A DNA stretch of 64,000 nucleotides, from assembly GCF_009914755.1 (NCBI RefSeq), contig NC_060941.1; one strand, written 5' to 3'. Below are positions 18,411 through 32,939 of this stretch, piece by piece. Both the position numbers and the translations under genes were made by a program. Source of the stretch: the human T2T-CHM13v2.0 reference genome, Homo sapiens. Each line of letters begins with the position of its first letter. Within the stretch, counting starts at the first letter, position 1. Below the pieces are notes generated by a model that saw nothing but the letters and a program-made list of their open reading frames with translations, was not told the DNA's origin and ran no database searches.

Positions 18411-19649
18411 TTTATACACACACACACACATTTTCCAGCTATTTATTTTTCCATTGCATCTTCTTCCCAGCATCAGAATTTCTTCTCTTCATCTGCCCAT
18501 CTGTGAATCTGTTCTCACAGAAGATTATTCCTGTACTTTAATGATTCCTCCCGTTAAAAACTCACAGCTTCCATTTTTGCTTTTCTCTTCTTTTATCTGA
18601 GCATAGAGTCCACAAAAGTTTGGTTATAATTAGCATTTTTACCACCAGGGGCTATTATTTGTATTTCAAACAGTTTTTCAAATTTTAAAACTGCTTCAGT
18701 GGAATTTGAAACTATGCAGTTGTTTCTTTCAGTGTTGAACATCATTCTTTGGGTGCTGAATGTTTAAATTCTGTGTTATGGTACATGTGTCTAGAAATGA
18801 AGAACAGTTAGTGGGGAAAATAACATTAATGTTCAAGGAGACTTTGTGTACTTTTACCTGAGAGATGCAAGGGTGTATAGATTTAAAATGTAAGAGCCAC
18901 ATTCTGGATCATCTTCATTTCAAGTAGTTGTGTTTACTGCCGTTTTCTAAAATGTAAGCTCCACGAAAGCAGGGACCTAGAACATCATGTGGCACATATA
19001 GTACACTCTTAATAAGTATGTATTGAATGAAAGATTGAATTTTCACCGGGTGGAAGTATCTACAACTAGAAGTCATGAGTATGTAGACCTCAGAGCATCT
19101 GAATTTCTTGGAATTTGTGTCACTTAACACAATGTTACTTTCTTGGCTTAAAGTGGCAGTTCTGAAGAAGGGAGGGACCAGCCCCTTGGCAGACCTTTGG
19201 AAGGATGGACTTTTGTTTAGGGATGTCATGTGATTCGAGTTGGGCACAATGGCATTTAGTGGGTAGGAGCCAGAGATCCTAGGTATTCTGTGCCTGGACC
19301 TACTTCCATGCAAGTAAGACTATTAGTACATCTGTTATGACTTCTGAATTTCGCTCTGGATATTATTTGGGTGAAAAATTTACTTAAGCTTAGAACCTAT
19401 TTTACATGTATAGAATTTTTTGTGCTGTTGTAATATATGCTGAGTTTCTGGAAACTCTGAAAAGCAACTGTCATATACATTCAGGGAAGGTTGTACTTTG
19501 TCTGGGACTTGCTCAGTAGTTAATTCATCATTTGGGAAATCTCTTCACCTGCTAATCAGTGCCAGTCATGGAATTTGAGTTGCAATGCCAACTTTATTTT
19601 CTTCATAGTACTTAGGAAATTACTTATGAAAAACTGAAATTACTTTGTT

Positions 19650-20750
19650 TATTTACCTGTGTTTGTATTTGTTTACCCACTAACTGTAAGCTCTTGATAA
19701 TAGGGATCTTACGTATCTTGTCAGTGGATATCCTTATACCTAAAATCAACTCTGGCACATTGTGTGGCCAGTTATTAATAAATGATGCCCAAATAATGGA
19801 CAGATGTTTGAATGAGTGAATCATTCCCTTGGGCGTGATCTTTATATGCTGTTGTTCCTTAAGCCCCCATCTCAGGCCCTCTTTCCTGTTTACTCTCAAA
19901 CTCCCTTCCTACCTGATCTCAGCTATAACCCTCACTTTGATTTATATTTCTGCATTAACATCTCCTGAAATTTTTCTCCAGTCTGGATCTTTCCTGTGAA
20001 CTCTGGAATTTTACATTCAGCTCCCTTCCCCAGTTTAATGTTTCAAGCATCTCAAACGCGAGGTGTCCTTCTCCAGTGTTTATCTTAGTGAACGGACCAC
20101 CATACACTTAGTCACACTGGTGAGAAGCCTACGGATTGTTCTTGACACCTCCCTCTCCCTTATACCCATATCCAATTCATCACCCACTTCTGTTCATTTT
20201 GTCTTCTGAATGGTGTTCAAGCCTGCTTTGCATCCCCAGATCTAAACTACCAAGTCTAAACTCTTATATTGACTGCAGTAGCCTACGCATTGGTTTCCAC
20301 CAGTCCACTCTTACCTTCTTGTAATCTATTCCACATAGGAGCCAGAATGATCTCATCAATAACTGATTGTTACTCCCTTGCTTAAAATTCTTCATTGGCT
20401 TCTCATTGCTCTGAAGATAAAGACAAAAAAATTTAACCTAAGTCTTCCCCACCAGACTGGGTGTAGCCATTTCTTTCATTGCTCTGCAGCCTTTAGGCCC
20501 CCCATCATCTTGCCGTTTCTCAAACATCCTGTGTGCCTTCCCACTGTAGAACTTTCATGCGTGTTGTCCCCTGTTGTGCCACCAGGTCTCCTTCAGAACT
20601 TAGCTCACTTTCGCAGGAAATCTGTGACCTCCTGACCAGCCAGAATCCTTCCTCTTAAGTGCTCTCATAGCACCCTGCACTTCTTATTAGCATGCTGTAA
20701 TTAATGTATTATGAAGGAAATTGTCTGTCTTTCCCATAGAATTAGGTTTT
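19650..20750 (+). mobile_element. L2 fragments
   Basis: ctgtaagctcttga...tgaatgagtgaat 3' end; actccccttgcttaaaattcttcattggcttctcattgc. Confidence 0.7.
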
Positions 20751-20918
20751 AAAAAATTCATTAAGTGTAGGTATGGCCTCAGTATAATGTTTATCTATAT
20801 TATCACCATAAAGAATGGCCTGCTAGCAACTATGGCAATTTGTCTTCCATTATCTAATTGGTTTTTACTCAGTAATTTCATAGGGTCAATCAGTTTGATT
20901 TGTTACTTCAGGGGCACG

Positions 20919-21080
20919 CTGTATTTCATTTATTCTAAGAAGCACATTTTTCCCATTTTTAACATCTCTGAAATTGACATGCATCTTACAGTCAATGGCC
21001 TATATATCATGGTATAATTGGCAGCATTTTTGTTTCTTAGTGATGCATAAAATAATGGTGCATCTTATATTCGAAGGTAG
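20919..21080 (+). mobile_element. TcMar-Tc2 MITE (MER104/Kanga-like); related minus-strand pieces at ~56110-56262 and ~57400-57525
   Basis: ctgtatttcatttattctaagaagcacatttt...aacatctctgaaatt terminal motif. Confidence 0.55.
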
Positions 21081-21367
21081 ATTAGGTATAAAAGTTCGTA
21101 TTTTATAACAAATTCATTCTGTAAGGGTTACCAGGGATGTATGTTGCTCGTTATTCTATACAAGTGTTAATAGGATTTTTCTGTAGCTATAGCAGGTAAC
21201 TGATGATATCTTGATCCCTTGAAGAAATTCTGGCTGAAATCATTTTCATCATATTCCTGTAGAGTCAAATCTCAGGGGCTTGATGTATGTATTGTTTGTT
21301 CAAGTCACACACAAACCCAAATTTGTATGTGTATCTGTTTTGTTTTAGAAAAATTATTTTTTATCTA

Positions 21368-21750
21368 TGTGTGGAGGTGGGCAGCCATCCACTGGTTCCA
21401 GAGATGGTCAACTAACCCCCTGAATGCGTTCTCCCCATATCTTCATTTTGAAAGAAGTTTTAGATGGGCACGTTTAGAGACATTTTCCCCAGCCTTCCTT
21501 GTGTCTAGATGTGGGCAAGTTGTGGTCACTTGAATGTGAACAGAAATAATACGTAAACTTCCAGGGCATGAACCAAAAAGGAAATAATTTGCTCTTCAAT
21601 TCCTCTTTTCCTTCCTCTAGTGAATAAAACAAACTTTGAACAAGGATGCTTGGCCAGCCTCTCTGGACTGCAGGAGAGAAACATCTTGAGCATGTTGTAT
21701 TTTGGGGTCTCTTTATTATAGCAGCTTCGCTTTTACTCTAACTGATATAT
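21368..21750 (+). mobile_element. Old MLT1-type LTR
   Basis: End motif ttttggggtctctttattatagcagc...ctaactgata. Confidence 0.55.
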
Positions 21751-22674
21751 ATATAAGAAATTGTTTTGATTATCCTCTTCAATTTCCAAAAAATGAGGTC
21801 AGCCTTACTATCAGTTCATTGTAAGTTTGAAGCATACGGCTGTCACTTTTGGACCGCAGTGAAGAATATATGCTCTTTAGGGATACAGCGTGGTATGGAT
21901 GCAGCGTATGCTTGAAACTCAGTCCGACCTCAGTTGAATGACGACAGCTCTGTGGCTCTCTCACTTACTGTCTGTGTCTGTACGCAGAGGTCCTCTGAGC
22001 TTCATCCTCTGATCCTCTCCTTGAAGATGCAGGTGATACCTGTCTCAACAAGATCGATTTGAGGAGCGAATGAAGTCATCTATTTGAAAGACCTTCCGAG
22101 CCCAGTGCTGAGTAAATGACAGCTCTTGCTACCATTAGTTTTTCCAAAGACTGTCACTTCACACTGTCTGCTGCCCTAGTATCTTTGCAGTTGGAACTCG
22201 GTATTTATGGAGGATTGTTTGATTTTCTAAGTTTTATCTTAAGATTAAGCAAAACCACTGGGAACGTTCACACTTGGACTGTGTTGCCTTGGCCCCCCAG
22301 ATAATTGCTGACTTTTTGCAAATTCCTTGAGTTTTCCCGTCATGCTTTTTGGCTGTCAAGAGGCTGCAGAAGATGATTTAATAAAGCCTACCCTGGCACA
22401 CACATGCTAGCGCAAAAAAGAAGCTGTCTAGTGCATGACTACGTCGCCTGTGTGAGGTACCCACTAAAATAACTTACTTTTAGACCTGAATGCTAGGGAA
22501 ACTTTTTCTTCCCTTGTAGAACAGGTGGGTGTTCTTATGGTTCATGAGAATCCGTAAAGGACAGAGAGAGGAATTGAATCAAATAGTAAAATAACGTGGC
22601 AAATTTTAGGTTACCTCTGAGTACGTGTTAATCCATTAGTAGATGTGGTTCCATTAAAGTCTTGGAGGAGGTAA

Positions 22675-23004
<330 letters not shown>

Positions 23005-23634
23005 TAAAAGAAACCAGAAAGCCAAAAGGTGGCAATTAGCAGTACATTGACTTTATGAGAGTAATAGGAAATATTTGCTTCTTGAGATTGGTATATGAAC
23101 ATAGTATTAGATTTACAGTTCATACCAATTTTATGCTTTGAATTTTAGTTTTTGATGTAAGATAGTAATTTCCAGGAAGTTGTTTAAGGGACAGAAACAA
23201 CGAGCTATAACTAATAAATACTTGTTAGTATACAAAGTATGGGACTATGCAGCTCACAGTCTCAAATGTGATCTCAGTTTGCTCCAGTAATCAGTATACT
23301 GGTTTGTGTTTATTTAATGAATGACTAAAGACTAAACTTAATTAGAACCTTTTTTTTTCTTATGAGGTAGTTCCCTTAGGATCTCTGTCTAAACTTTTGC
23401 AGGGTGTGGGCAGCATCTGAACCTGTTGCGTGTTTGAAAACAGGAAATTAAAATGTTTTTCTGTTAATTGATATTTTTCAGGTAAATTTTCTTCATTTTA
23501 TGAAATTTAAGTTTTTACATTTCACATTTTTAATGTGAAATATTGACAAGCTTCTTGGTACCTGTGGGGGTTGTTTCCTGCAGCAATATAATCAGTCACT
23601 TTTTTTTCTATTTTGTTTCATTATAGAAACTATT

Positions 23635-23931
<297 letters not shown>

Positions 23932-25599
23932 CTATTTAGGCAGACATTCATGTCCTTTATCAGCTTATTACTCCAGTGTAAACCCCTGAAACTCCTGTTA
24001 TTCTCACATGCAAGCCCTGGGCTTCACAGATGTTTCTGGATCAAGGGACTGGGTGGATGGTGGTATCATCTCTTTTTATATTTGATTTTTCTCTTGTGCA
24101 GATTGTCATCGGACTTTCTGCCCAGGTCTTGTATGCTCACCTGCTCTCCCAAATTAAAATCCACCTTTGAACATAAGTTAGTTTAATGGCTCCTGAAACT
24201 GAATCCACACAGTTAACAGTCCTTTTAGTTCACAAAATTGCAAAACCTTTGAATAGAAAGCCACCCTGGGGATCATCTGCAGTCAGTTCTCATGTAGTTG
24301 TTATATTGATAACTGCCCCAGGCTCCGTTTCATCACTTCAGTGACAGACCAACGCTTATATGGTGCTGGGACTTTGTCCTTTCTTTTTTGTAATTATGAA
24401 GGAGAACCTTTTCTAAACTTGCCCAAATATGCCACAAGTTTCAGAACACAGAAATACCATGAAGTTTAAAAAAAAAACAAAAACAAAACAACAGGCAAGT
24501 GCCAAATTCAAGCAAAAATAATTATTTCACTCCATCTGTCAGGGTTGATATTTCAGGTCTTTGTGCTATTGGTTAAATACAGCTTGTTGTTTTATACTTT
24601 GATGTAATGTTTTCATTTAGGCACATCTGTGAATTTTATTGATTGATTGGTGTGACAGTATTTAAAAGTCTCCAGTTTATTGATAGGATTGAAATAAGCT
24701 CTAATTTATGGGCTCCTCTATCAGCCAAGAGAGAGAAACCATACAGTTATGTGAACAGGGAAAGGTGACTGTCAAGAATTGTTAACTGTAATGGGATTAG
24801 AATAATGAGGGATTGGCTAGTCAGAATAAAGAAAGCCTTAGAGGATTCAGGAATAGCAGATATAAGGAGGAGACCCCTGCCCCCAGCCTGAGGTGGAACA
24901 TCCAGTGAGAGATCACAGCCATGGCTCACGGGGTGGCAGAGAAGTCACTATGATGCTGTGTTGACGGAACTTGAAAGCAGTTCGTGGGAAGGCATCTCAC
25001 CAGAGGCACTGTGTGTGCAGGGGTGGCGACATGGCTGGAGTGTGCCTGCAGGATCCTGCCAGGGAGCCCTCTAGCCAGGAGGCAGAACTCTTCTCCTGCT
25101 ATGTCTCTAGTGCCCTGTACTGAAAAAGCTGAACATCATGCCAGCTGGCAAAGGAAAAATAGTTAAAGGTCACAGATCCATTTTCACAGAGCAGGCAAAA
25201 AGCAGAGTTTGGCACTGAGAGGCAATAAATCCCCACCTCCAAACTCCTAAGTAGTTTTTTGGGAAAAGCATTATGCTTATCAGTGGTTACAGAATACATA
25301 TTCCTAAGATTTCTTGCAAACAATGAAATCCCAAGCATTATTAATAACCACTCTGTAACACATAGGCCAGGATGTACCAGCAAGGACTACTGTATCTGAG
25401 AGACTGATTGGAGATTTTCTTCTGTTACTTTAGCACATTTAAAGTACACACACACACACACACGTGTCATTATATAGTTGACTGAAAGTGGAGTGCTAGT
25501 AAAATTATACTGTCATTTTCTGACTTAATTTGAGGTGACTTTAAACTCAGAAATCAAGAAAAGGTTTTCACAACGTGGTACTTAAAACTCCCATACTTC

Positions 25600-25810
25600 T
25601 AGCATGGGCAACACAGCAAGACACTGTCTCCACAAAAAATTTAAAAATTAGCCAGGCATGGTGATATGTGCCTGTAGTCCCAGCTACACAAGATTCTGAG
25701 GTGGGAGGGTTGCTTGAGCCCAGGAGTTCGAGGCTGCAGTGAGCTGTGATCATACCACTGCACTTTAACCTGGAAGAAAGAGTGAGACCCTGTCTCAAAA
25801 ACAAACAACA
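25600..25810 (+). mobile_element. Truncated AluJ/FRAM
   Basis: Right-arm motifs ttgagcccaggagttcgaggctgcagtgagc. Confidence 0.85.
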
Positions 25811-27376
25811 ATCCTCCCATATTTGTAATGGACATGTTAATATGGCAATACTAAAGTAATTTTTATAGTGGTAAAAGTGTTTACTGAACCTACTTAGTTA
25901 AGACAAATCGTAATCAAATAATGCTGCAGCCAGTCAGTGCTTACTGAGTAAGCCGAGGTTTAAATAAATAGATTGTTGATAAACTACATTATCAAGATTC
26001 CTTGGTTACAGACAGTGGGAAGCAACTGTACAAATTTAAGGAGAAAAAAAAGAGGAACATTTGGAAGGAAGTGAGGTAGATGACAAAATTGAAGGACAAG
26101 CTGGAAAACTAGGACACAACCCGTGCAGCCTAGAGAATCCAGGTAGCAGGCACTGATGGCAGGTTTTGTAGGGCACAGTCAGTGCGGTGAATCCACTCCA
26201 GGTGTCTGCCACTTCAATTCAGAGTTCCTATTCCAAGATATGTCTTGATTGGCCTACTGTGAGTCTCATGCTCACCCCTTGGTCAGGGGACGGCAAAGCA
26301 CTGAGATACCAGGCTGCAAAAACAACTTATTCCTGAACTCAAGAGGGCATACCTCACAGACACTTAGTTTTTCTCTCCATTTCTTAGTTCCCTTCTTTGG
26401 TGTTGGCTTCATTTTTTGGCTCTCTCTGGTTGAAAGATGGTTGCAGTAACTTCCAGCCCTCTGATTCTGTTTGGTTCACATCCAGGGTCATCCCTGAATC
26501 TGAGCACTGTGGCCCAGGGGATGCTGTGCCCTTCGATTAGTCAGACACAAAATGGATCCCTGGAGCCACTGCCCCTAGAAGTCCACAGATTGTGGGTGAG
26601 AGGAAAATCAGGATACAGATACCAGTGAGAGGAGGAAAGGAAGCTGAGTGGCAGAGTAACAGACAGTTCATCAACCTTATTTCACAGAGACAGCCAACCA
26701 AAATGAGAAGCATTACTTGTTCTGTGATAAAAAGCCAAATGGAAGAAGATAATATAGAAAGACATTGGTGAAGCAAGGAGGTGGAATACCTGTGTCAGTG
26801 GCTAGACAAGAAGCACCATAAGATGCTGAAAAGGTGAGAGGCCAAGAGACGCGTTTCTTAAGAAGCGTGGTCAGTTCAGGCTGCGGTAACTCCATACTGG
26901 GCTGCGGGGCTTTGTCTTGTTTTGTTTGAGCCATGATAGTGAGTCTCGAGAATTAAATCCTGGGGCTGAAGTCTGTATTAACTCTAAAATGAAAATAATA
27001 TCAGGGTTCCTTTGAAATACCTGAGACCAGCTGATTTTGTCATACCTCTCTTACGATCTCCGTGATTCTTCACCACCCTTCCGAAGTATAGGTCCCTGCT
27101 GTCATCTCTTCCTAACTAGTAATCAAATCCCAGTGCTGCTCTGAAGTTTCCTCATCCTTTTCTCCAGATCTTTTCCCCCTGCCTTGTGGTGCATGGTCCT
27201 CTGGTTAACAAAGACCTTTATCTTTAGCTCTGCACCCTCCTCAATGCCCCCAACACATACTGTCTGCACTTCATTGAAACCACTTCTCATCAGGCCAGGA
27301 ATCAGGGTGGAGCGGAGGCATGAGGGAAGGATTCAACATTATCCTGAACCCTTTTCACCATAACCATTTATAACGT

Positions 27377-27677
27377 TGTTTTTTTTTTTTATTTTTTTGA
27401 GATGGAGTCTCGCTCTGTCACCCAGGCTGGAGTGCAGTGGCGCGATCTCAGCTCACTGCAAGCTCCGCCTCCTGGGTTCATGCCACTCCTGCCTCAGCCT
27501 CCCGAGTAGCTGGGACTACAGGCACCTGCCACCGCGCCTGGCTAATTTTTTGTATTTTTAGTAGAGACGGGGTTTCACCGTGTTAGCCAGGATGGTCTCG
27601 ATGTCCTGACCTCGTGATCCACCCACCTCGGCCTCCCAACGTGCTGGGATTACAGGCGTGAGCCACTGCGCCTGGCC
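27377..27677 (-). mobile_element. AluY-like
   Basis: gcaagctccgcc, accgtgttagccaggatgg. Confidence 0.93.
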
Positions 27678-27699
27678 GACAACCATTTTATAATTTTTT

Positions 27700-29280
27700 T
27701 AAATTTTGTTTCCTGTCATTCCTTTTATTCACTTTTTTTAAAGTTTATTTGCAGTACCATTCACTCTGTGGTGTGTAGTTACGTGAGTTTTAACAAACAC
27801 ATACAACCATATAACCATCATCACGTGAAGATGCAGAATAATTCTGTCGCCCAACAAAACAACTCCCTTGCACTGCCCCTTTGTGGCCAGACCCTTCCTC
27901 CCACCGACAGTTGCTGGTCTATTTTCAGTTTCTACAATTTTGCCTTTTCAAGACTGTTATATAAGTGGACCCTACGTGACATAGTCTTTTGAGTTTGGCT
28001 GCTTACATTTAGTATACGTTATATCCAAGTATAGTTTTCTTTGAGTTTATCTTGTTTGGTATTCACAGAGCTTTTTGACTTATAAATTTATGTATATCAC
28101 CAAATATGGGAAGTTTTTCACCACTATTTCTTCAAATATTTTTTTCTTCACTGATCTTCCTTCTCCACCTCTGGGCCTCCAGTGAAATGAATGTTGGGTC
28201 TTTTAGTATTATCCTTCAGGTCCCCGAGGTACTGTTCATTTTTTTCAGTCTCTTTGTTTTCCAAATTCAGTAATTTTTCTCTGTTAAGTTCACGTACTCT
28301 TTCCTCTTTCATGTCCATTCTTCTCTTGAGCCTATCCAATGAAGTTTTAAATTCAGATGGTTTAGTTTTTTAGTTCTAAACTTTTATTTGTTTACTCAAG
28401 TGTATTTTTATTTGCCTCCTGGAGCATAGTTATAATAACTGCTTTAAAGCCATTGTCTGATAATTCCAAAACTTGGGTCATTTGGCCATTGATGTCTGTT
28501 GTCTTTCGCCCTGACAGTTGGCCACATAGTCTGGTTCTTTGTATGAGGAGATATTTTGGATTTTATCCTGGACGTTTTGAGTATGTCATATAGACTTTTA
28601 GTACTATCAGACTCTTCTAGAAAACACTGGTTTGTTGTTTTGTTTTTGTTTTAGCAGGCAATCAGCCTGGGTAGGTTCAAGGCTTCCAGTGTCAGCTCAG
28701 TACTAGGCTCTCACTATGCTGCTTTGGGCCTGGCCCACATGTAGGAGTTAGTCTGAGGCTTGGGGCAGGGGGGTGTTGACATCGTAGTTCAGATCTCACA
28801 GCCTTTGTTCTGCTGTTTTGAGTCTGCCCCATAAATGCATAACTCAAAGGTGAGCCCAAAATGGTGAAGGTTTGTACACAGAATTGGGAGATTCCCTTTT
28901 CCAGCTGATTTCTCTCTGGGATCCCTGACTCTCCTGGGATACGTCCAGCTCACAGGTGCTCCTTTCTTTAGTCCTCTGCTGCGAAAGATGGGTTTCTCTT
29001 GGTTGTAGGTGTCAGTGCCATGCCTGCTACAGCATGGCTGTGATTGGGGCCCACTCCCTGGGCAAAGGTTTGAGAAAAGGAAATGAGAAAGTCACCCCCA
29101 CACAGATTGCCTTCCCTACATTTTAACTCCTCTTCCCAAACCACCTACTTTTGTTACTTTTCATTATTTATGTGTTTGTGTTTATATTATACTTTGTCCA
29201 GTTTCGTTGTTGTTGTTGTTGTTGTAATTGGCAGGAGAGAGGCTGTAGCTGGCATAATCCATCTTGCCCAGACCCAGAAG
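27700..29280 (-). mobile_element. Antisense L1M fragments (3'UTR piece, then ORF1/5' region)
   Basis: Minus ORF 28148-28339 LGDLKDNTKRPNIHFTGGPE resembles the L1 ORF1p segment WDxxKRPNxxxxGVPE. Confidence 0.75.
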
Positions 29281-29299
29281 GCCTGACTCCATCACTACC

Positions 29300-29750
29300 T
29301 GGTTTAGTTTGCTATGCTGCGTAACAAATACCACTAAATGTAGTGGCTTAAAGCAGTGCACATCCATTGCATGGTTTCCATGGGTTCAGGAGGCTGTACT
29401 TACCTGGGCCCTCTGCAAAGCTGTGCAGTCAAGGCCAGGAGCTGTTTTCATCTGGAGGCTCTGCTGGGTAGCGATTGGTATCCAGGCTTCCTCAGGCTGC
29501 TGGCTGAATGCCGTTCCTTGCAGCAGTAGGATTCATGACAGCTTGTTTCTTCAAAGCCAGCAGGGAAGAGGGAGACTCTAAAGCCAGTCTGCTAGAAAGT
29601 TGGAGTCTTACGTAACACAGCCAGGGAGTGACAACATACACCTTTGCCATATTTCAATGGCTAGAAGCAAGTCGCTGGTCTCTCTCATACTCCACAGGAA
29701 GGGATTATACAAAAGTGTGGAAATCAGAAGACCATAGAGTCTGTCAAGCA
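29300..29750 (-). mobile_element. MLT1-family LTR
   Basis: gctgcgtaacaaataccactaaatgtagtggcttaaagca. Confidence 0.7.
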
Positions 29751-30308
29751 CAGGTCTTCTTCACAACTTCTGGTCCTGTTGGTCAGAGCCATTTGGCAAT
29801 GAGTCGCCTTTTCCACCCCAAGTCCAGGTGTCATGCTGAGTGACTTAAGCATTCTTAGAGGCAGTCCATCCAATATGCTGGCGTACAGGCTTTGGACCTT
29901 CTCTATACCAATGACTTTATTTCACTTTAGAACCCAGTCCTTGTGACTCTAAATCTCAAGCATACTCTCTATTCTGTTTCTTTCCATAGTCTATATAGAG
30001 TATTAAATATAATTAAAGTTTTACCTTGTCTTTCCTTTTAGATTTTATGCTCAAGGCTGAGACTATTTTGTCTTATCCTTCTCATACTGCCCACAAAAGT
30101 CTAGCAAATACTTCCTGCACATAGCAGATAGTCAAATACATGTTGAATAAATTAAGACCATAACTATTTCTATGACAACTGCATAGCCTACCAGTTCCGT
30201 CCCCTTCTCTTTTTAATTTTGTCTGATAACATTTTACCAGCCCTTCCTAACATAAACACTGAAAGGAAATTCTAATTGAATTAGTCAGTTTCAAAATAGT
30301 GGCATGTA

Positions 30309-30368
30309 ACACACACACTCTCTGTCTCTCTTTCTCCCTCCGCCCCCCCCCCCCCCCCCACACACACA
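30309..30368. repeat. Compound (CA)n-(CT)n-C17-(CA)n microsatellite
   Basis: Direct reading; C run at 30343-30359. Confidence 0.9.
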
Positions 30369-32329
30369 AATTAGTGAATATTTTGATGACATGGCATTGG
30401 AGTCCAACCAGTATAACTTCAGAGTATGGTCTCTGGTGTTCTTTGTAGGTGAAACTAAGGACGAGAAACATTTACAATTTCTGATAACTAAACCTCAAAG
30501 ACAAAAACAGGCCCCTGCCCTCTTTTATTGAATTTTCTTCTTTTACAAATATAGGAAGTAGTCAACTAACAAAAAGACTGGTAATATGTAACATTTTTCA
30601 TCCAGAATTGTTTTGCATGAAGTGGCTGGATTCTCAGTCTACCTACATAATTTCACCTTTTGAATCATTATTTCTCTTTCTCCATCAGAACCTCTGAAAC
30701 AAAAATAAATTATTGTTTCTCTGGGAAAATCTACAGTTTAACTAGGAACACCGAAATGATACCCACAGAGGCCCATTTGTGGGAAATCTTTTCACCCTTT
30801 CCTCCTCCTAGCTGCCTCCAAAATATGAGTGTTGCTCCTTTTTCTACCCAGAGCCTCCTAATCTTGTGATTGCTAAATTATTTGAGAATGAAAGAAACAA
30901 AGGGAAAACCCAAGTTATTAAAAAATGTTTTCTTCCTAATAAAACTCAGTACAGAGGGATCCACTATAGTATACCTCACCATACCATATGAGGTATAGGT
31001 AATTTATATCCAATTTGGCCCTTCAAACTTGCTCTGGGCCCAGCAGTTGAGCCCATATCAGATTTCCTCCTTACCTAGTTGCCGTTGCTACTGAAACATA
31101 AGCTGAAACACCAATCGAAGGGATGCTTTTCTCTTCAGCAGAGCTGGATAGGACAGCTGGAGTTCTTTGCAGTGGCGGTATACTGGAAAGGAGGTGAAGA
31201 TGTATGAATAGAAGAATGACTGAATAATATGATAACATTCACACCATGGTACATTATGGAGCCATTAGAAATAACAGATTGGACATCTCAGTAGGGGGAG
31301 GGAGAGAGAAGGGAGATCCTCCTTCCCTGCAAGTATTGAATGAGAAAAGCAAGTTGCAAAAAAGTTTCTATAACATAATCCCAGTTATACCAACAGTGAT
31401 CCAATAAAATCTTTGTAAAAATGTTTAAGTATATATGTTTTTATACAGTTACACGAGCAGGGACAAAAACAAAGATATGAATCTAGGTGGTTTTAACGTG
31501 GGTCATGGGGGGAGGAGATATTTGACAGGGATATGGAAGGGGGAGAAAGTAGATAAGGGATGCCAAGCATGTCAGAAACAGGAAAGCAAATATTGTCCTG
31601 GGGGGAAGCATGATAAGATTATATTTACAAATGTATGTTGATCATGTATATTTAAACGTAATTTTAAAAAGAAAAAGTTCTGTGATTAAAAAGTAAAATT
31701 TTCCCAGTCTGGCCATTCCTTTTCTTTATTCTCCTTGCTTCTTGACTTATAAATTTATTTTACAACTTAGAAAAAATACAAATTGACTCTCCATTTAATT
31801 GATACATTTGTTTTTTTTTTCTTTTAATAGGTGAAAACACTTTTCAAATCCAAGTTTATAATTTCACTGTGCAAGGTAGACAGTAACTTTTTAAATACTA
31901 CTTGATCATATCAGAAAATAAAGTTTTCCTTAAAAGGAAAACTTACAGATTTTCTCCACTGTAAATTTCAGCTGAGATTATATACCAGAAATTGGTACCA
32001 GAAATGCCCTGAAGGGTAACAGATTCTTCTCAGGGCCGCAGAGAAAGAGTCCTCCTACCAAGGCACTTATAGTCCAGAGGACAGAGGAAGCTCATAATCT
32101 CATTTAAAGCCAGGACATGTGGCTCCCGACTGTAACAGAAAAATAGCCTTTGCAGGAGGCCAGCGCCCAGGCAGATGCAGATGTTCATCTTGTCAAATTC
32201 TCACTGCATTTTATACTTGTTGCTGTTGTAATAGCGATAATTTGTTTTACTGATTTTTGTAAATATCTTTGAAAGTATATGTATTCTTATCTTGCTTCCT
32301 GCTATAATCCCAGAGCACTTATAAAGCTA

Positions 32330-32462
<133 letters not shown>

Positions 32463-32939
32463 AAACAAAGCTTTTCTTCAGAAAATACTTATTAAATGAA
32501 TCAGTCCCCACCTCCCTCCATCCTTGTTTTTGTCCCTGGTGCTTACTACAATAAATAGCACATGTTAGTTGTATAGTTCTTCAGTGATTGAATTAGTGAA
32601 CATATGAGATGGACTTGAGGTGTAGACTCTCTAGGAAAAGAAGTGATTAAAATAGCTTAGAAGAAAAAGGAAGAGTCAGGAAATGGGAAGATTCAGTGAG
32701 GATCAAGAACAGGTGCCATGTAAATAGTGATAAGAATAGGAAGTTATGGTCAGAATGCGGGATAGTGGCATCTAAAATTTCAGCAGTGGTGCAATTCTGG
32801 GTGGTTAGGGTCTAGTAGCTAATACTATAGATAAAGCACCCTGGTGATCAGGTGGGGGAAACTACATGTTTTGGCATTTGAGGTTGGACTGGTAAAACAG
32901 CCAGTTCCCTACCTAATATCCCTAAAGCAAAACCCACTG

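Noticed and set aside
23362-23372. Another ATGAG|gtagtt that could supply Met-Arg
   Set aside because: Weak donor with no promoter or acceptor context; expected by chance.
30970-30997. Hairpin containing TGAGGTA, resembling the let-7 5' end
   Set aside because: The 9-bp stem is far too short for a pre-miRNA, and similarity stops after 7 nt.
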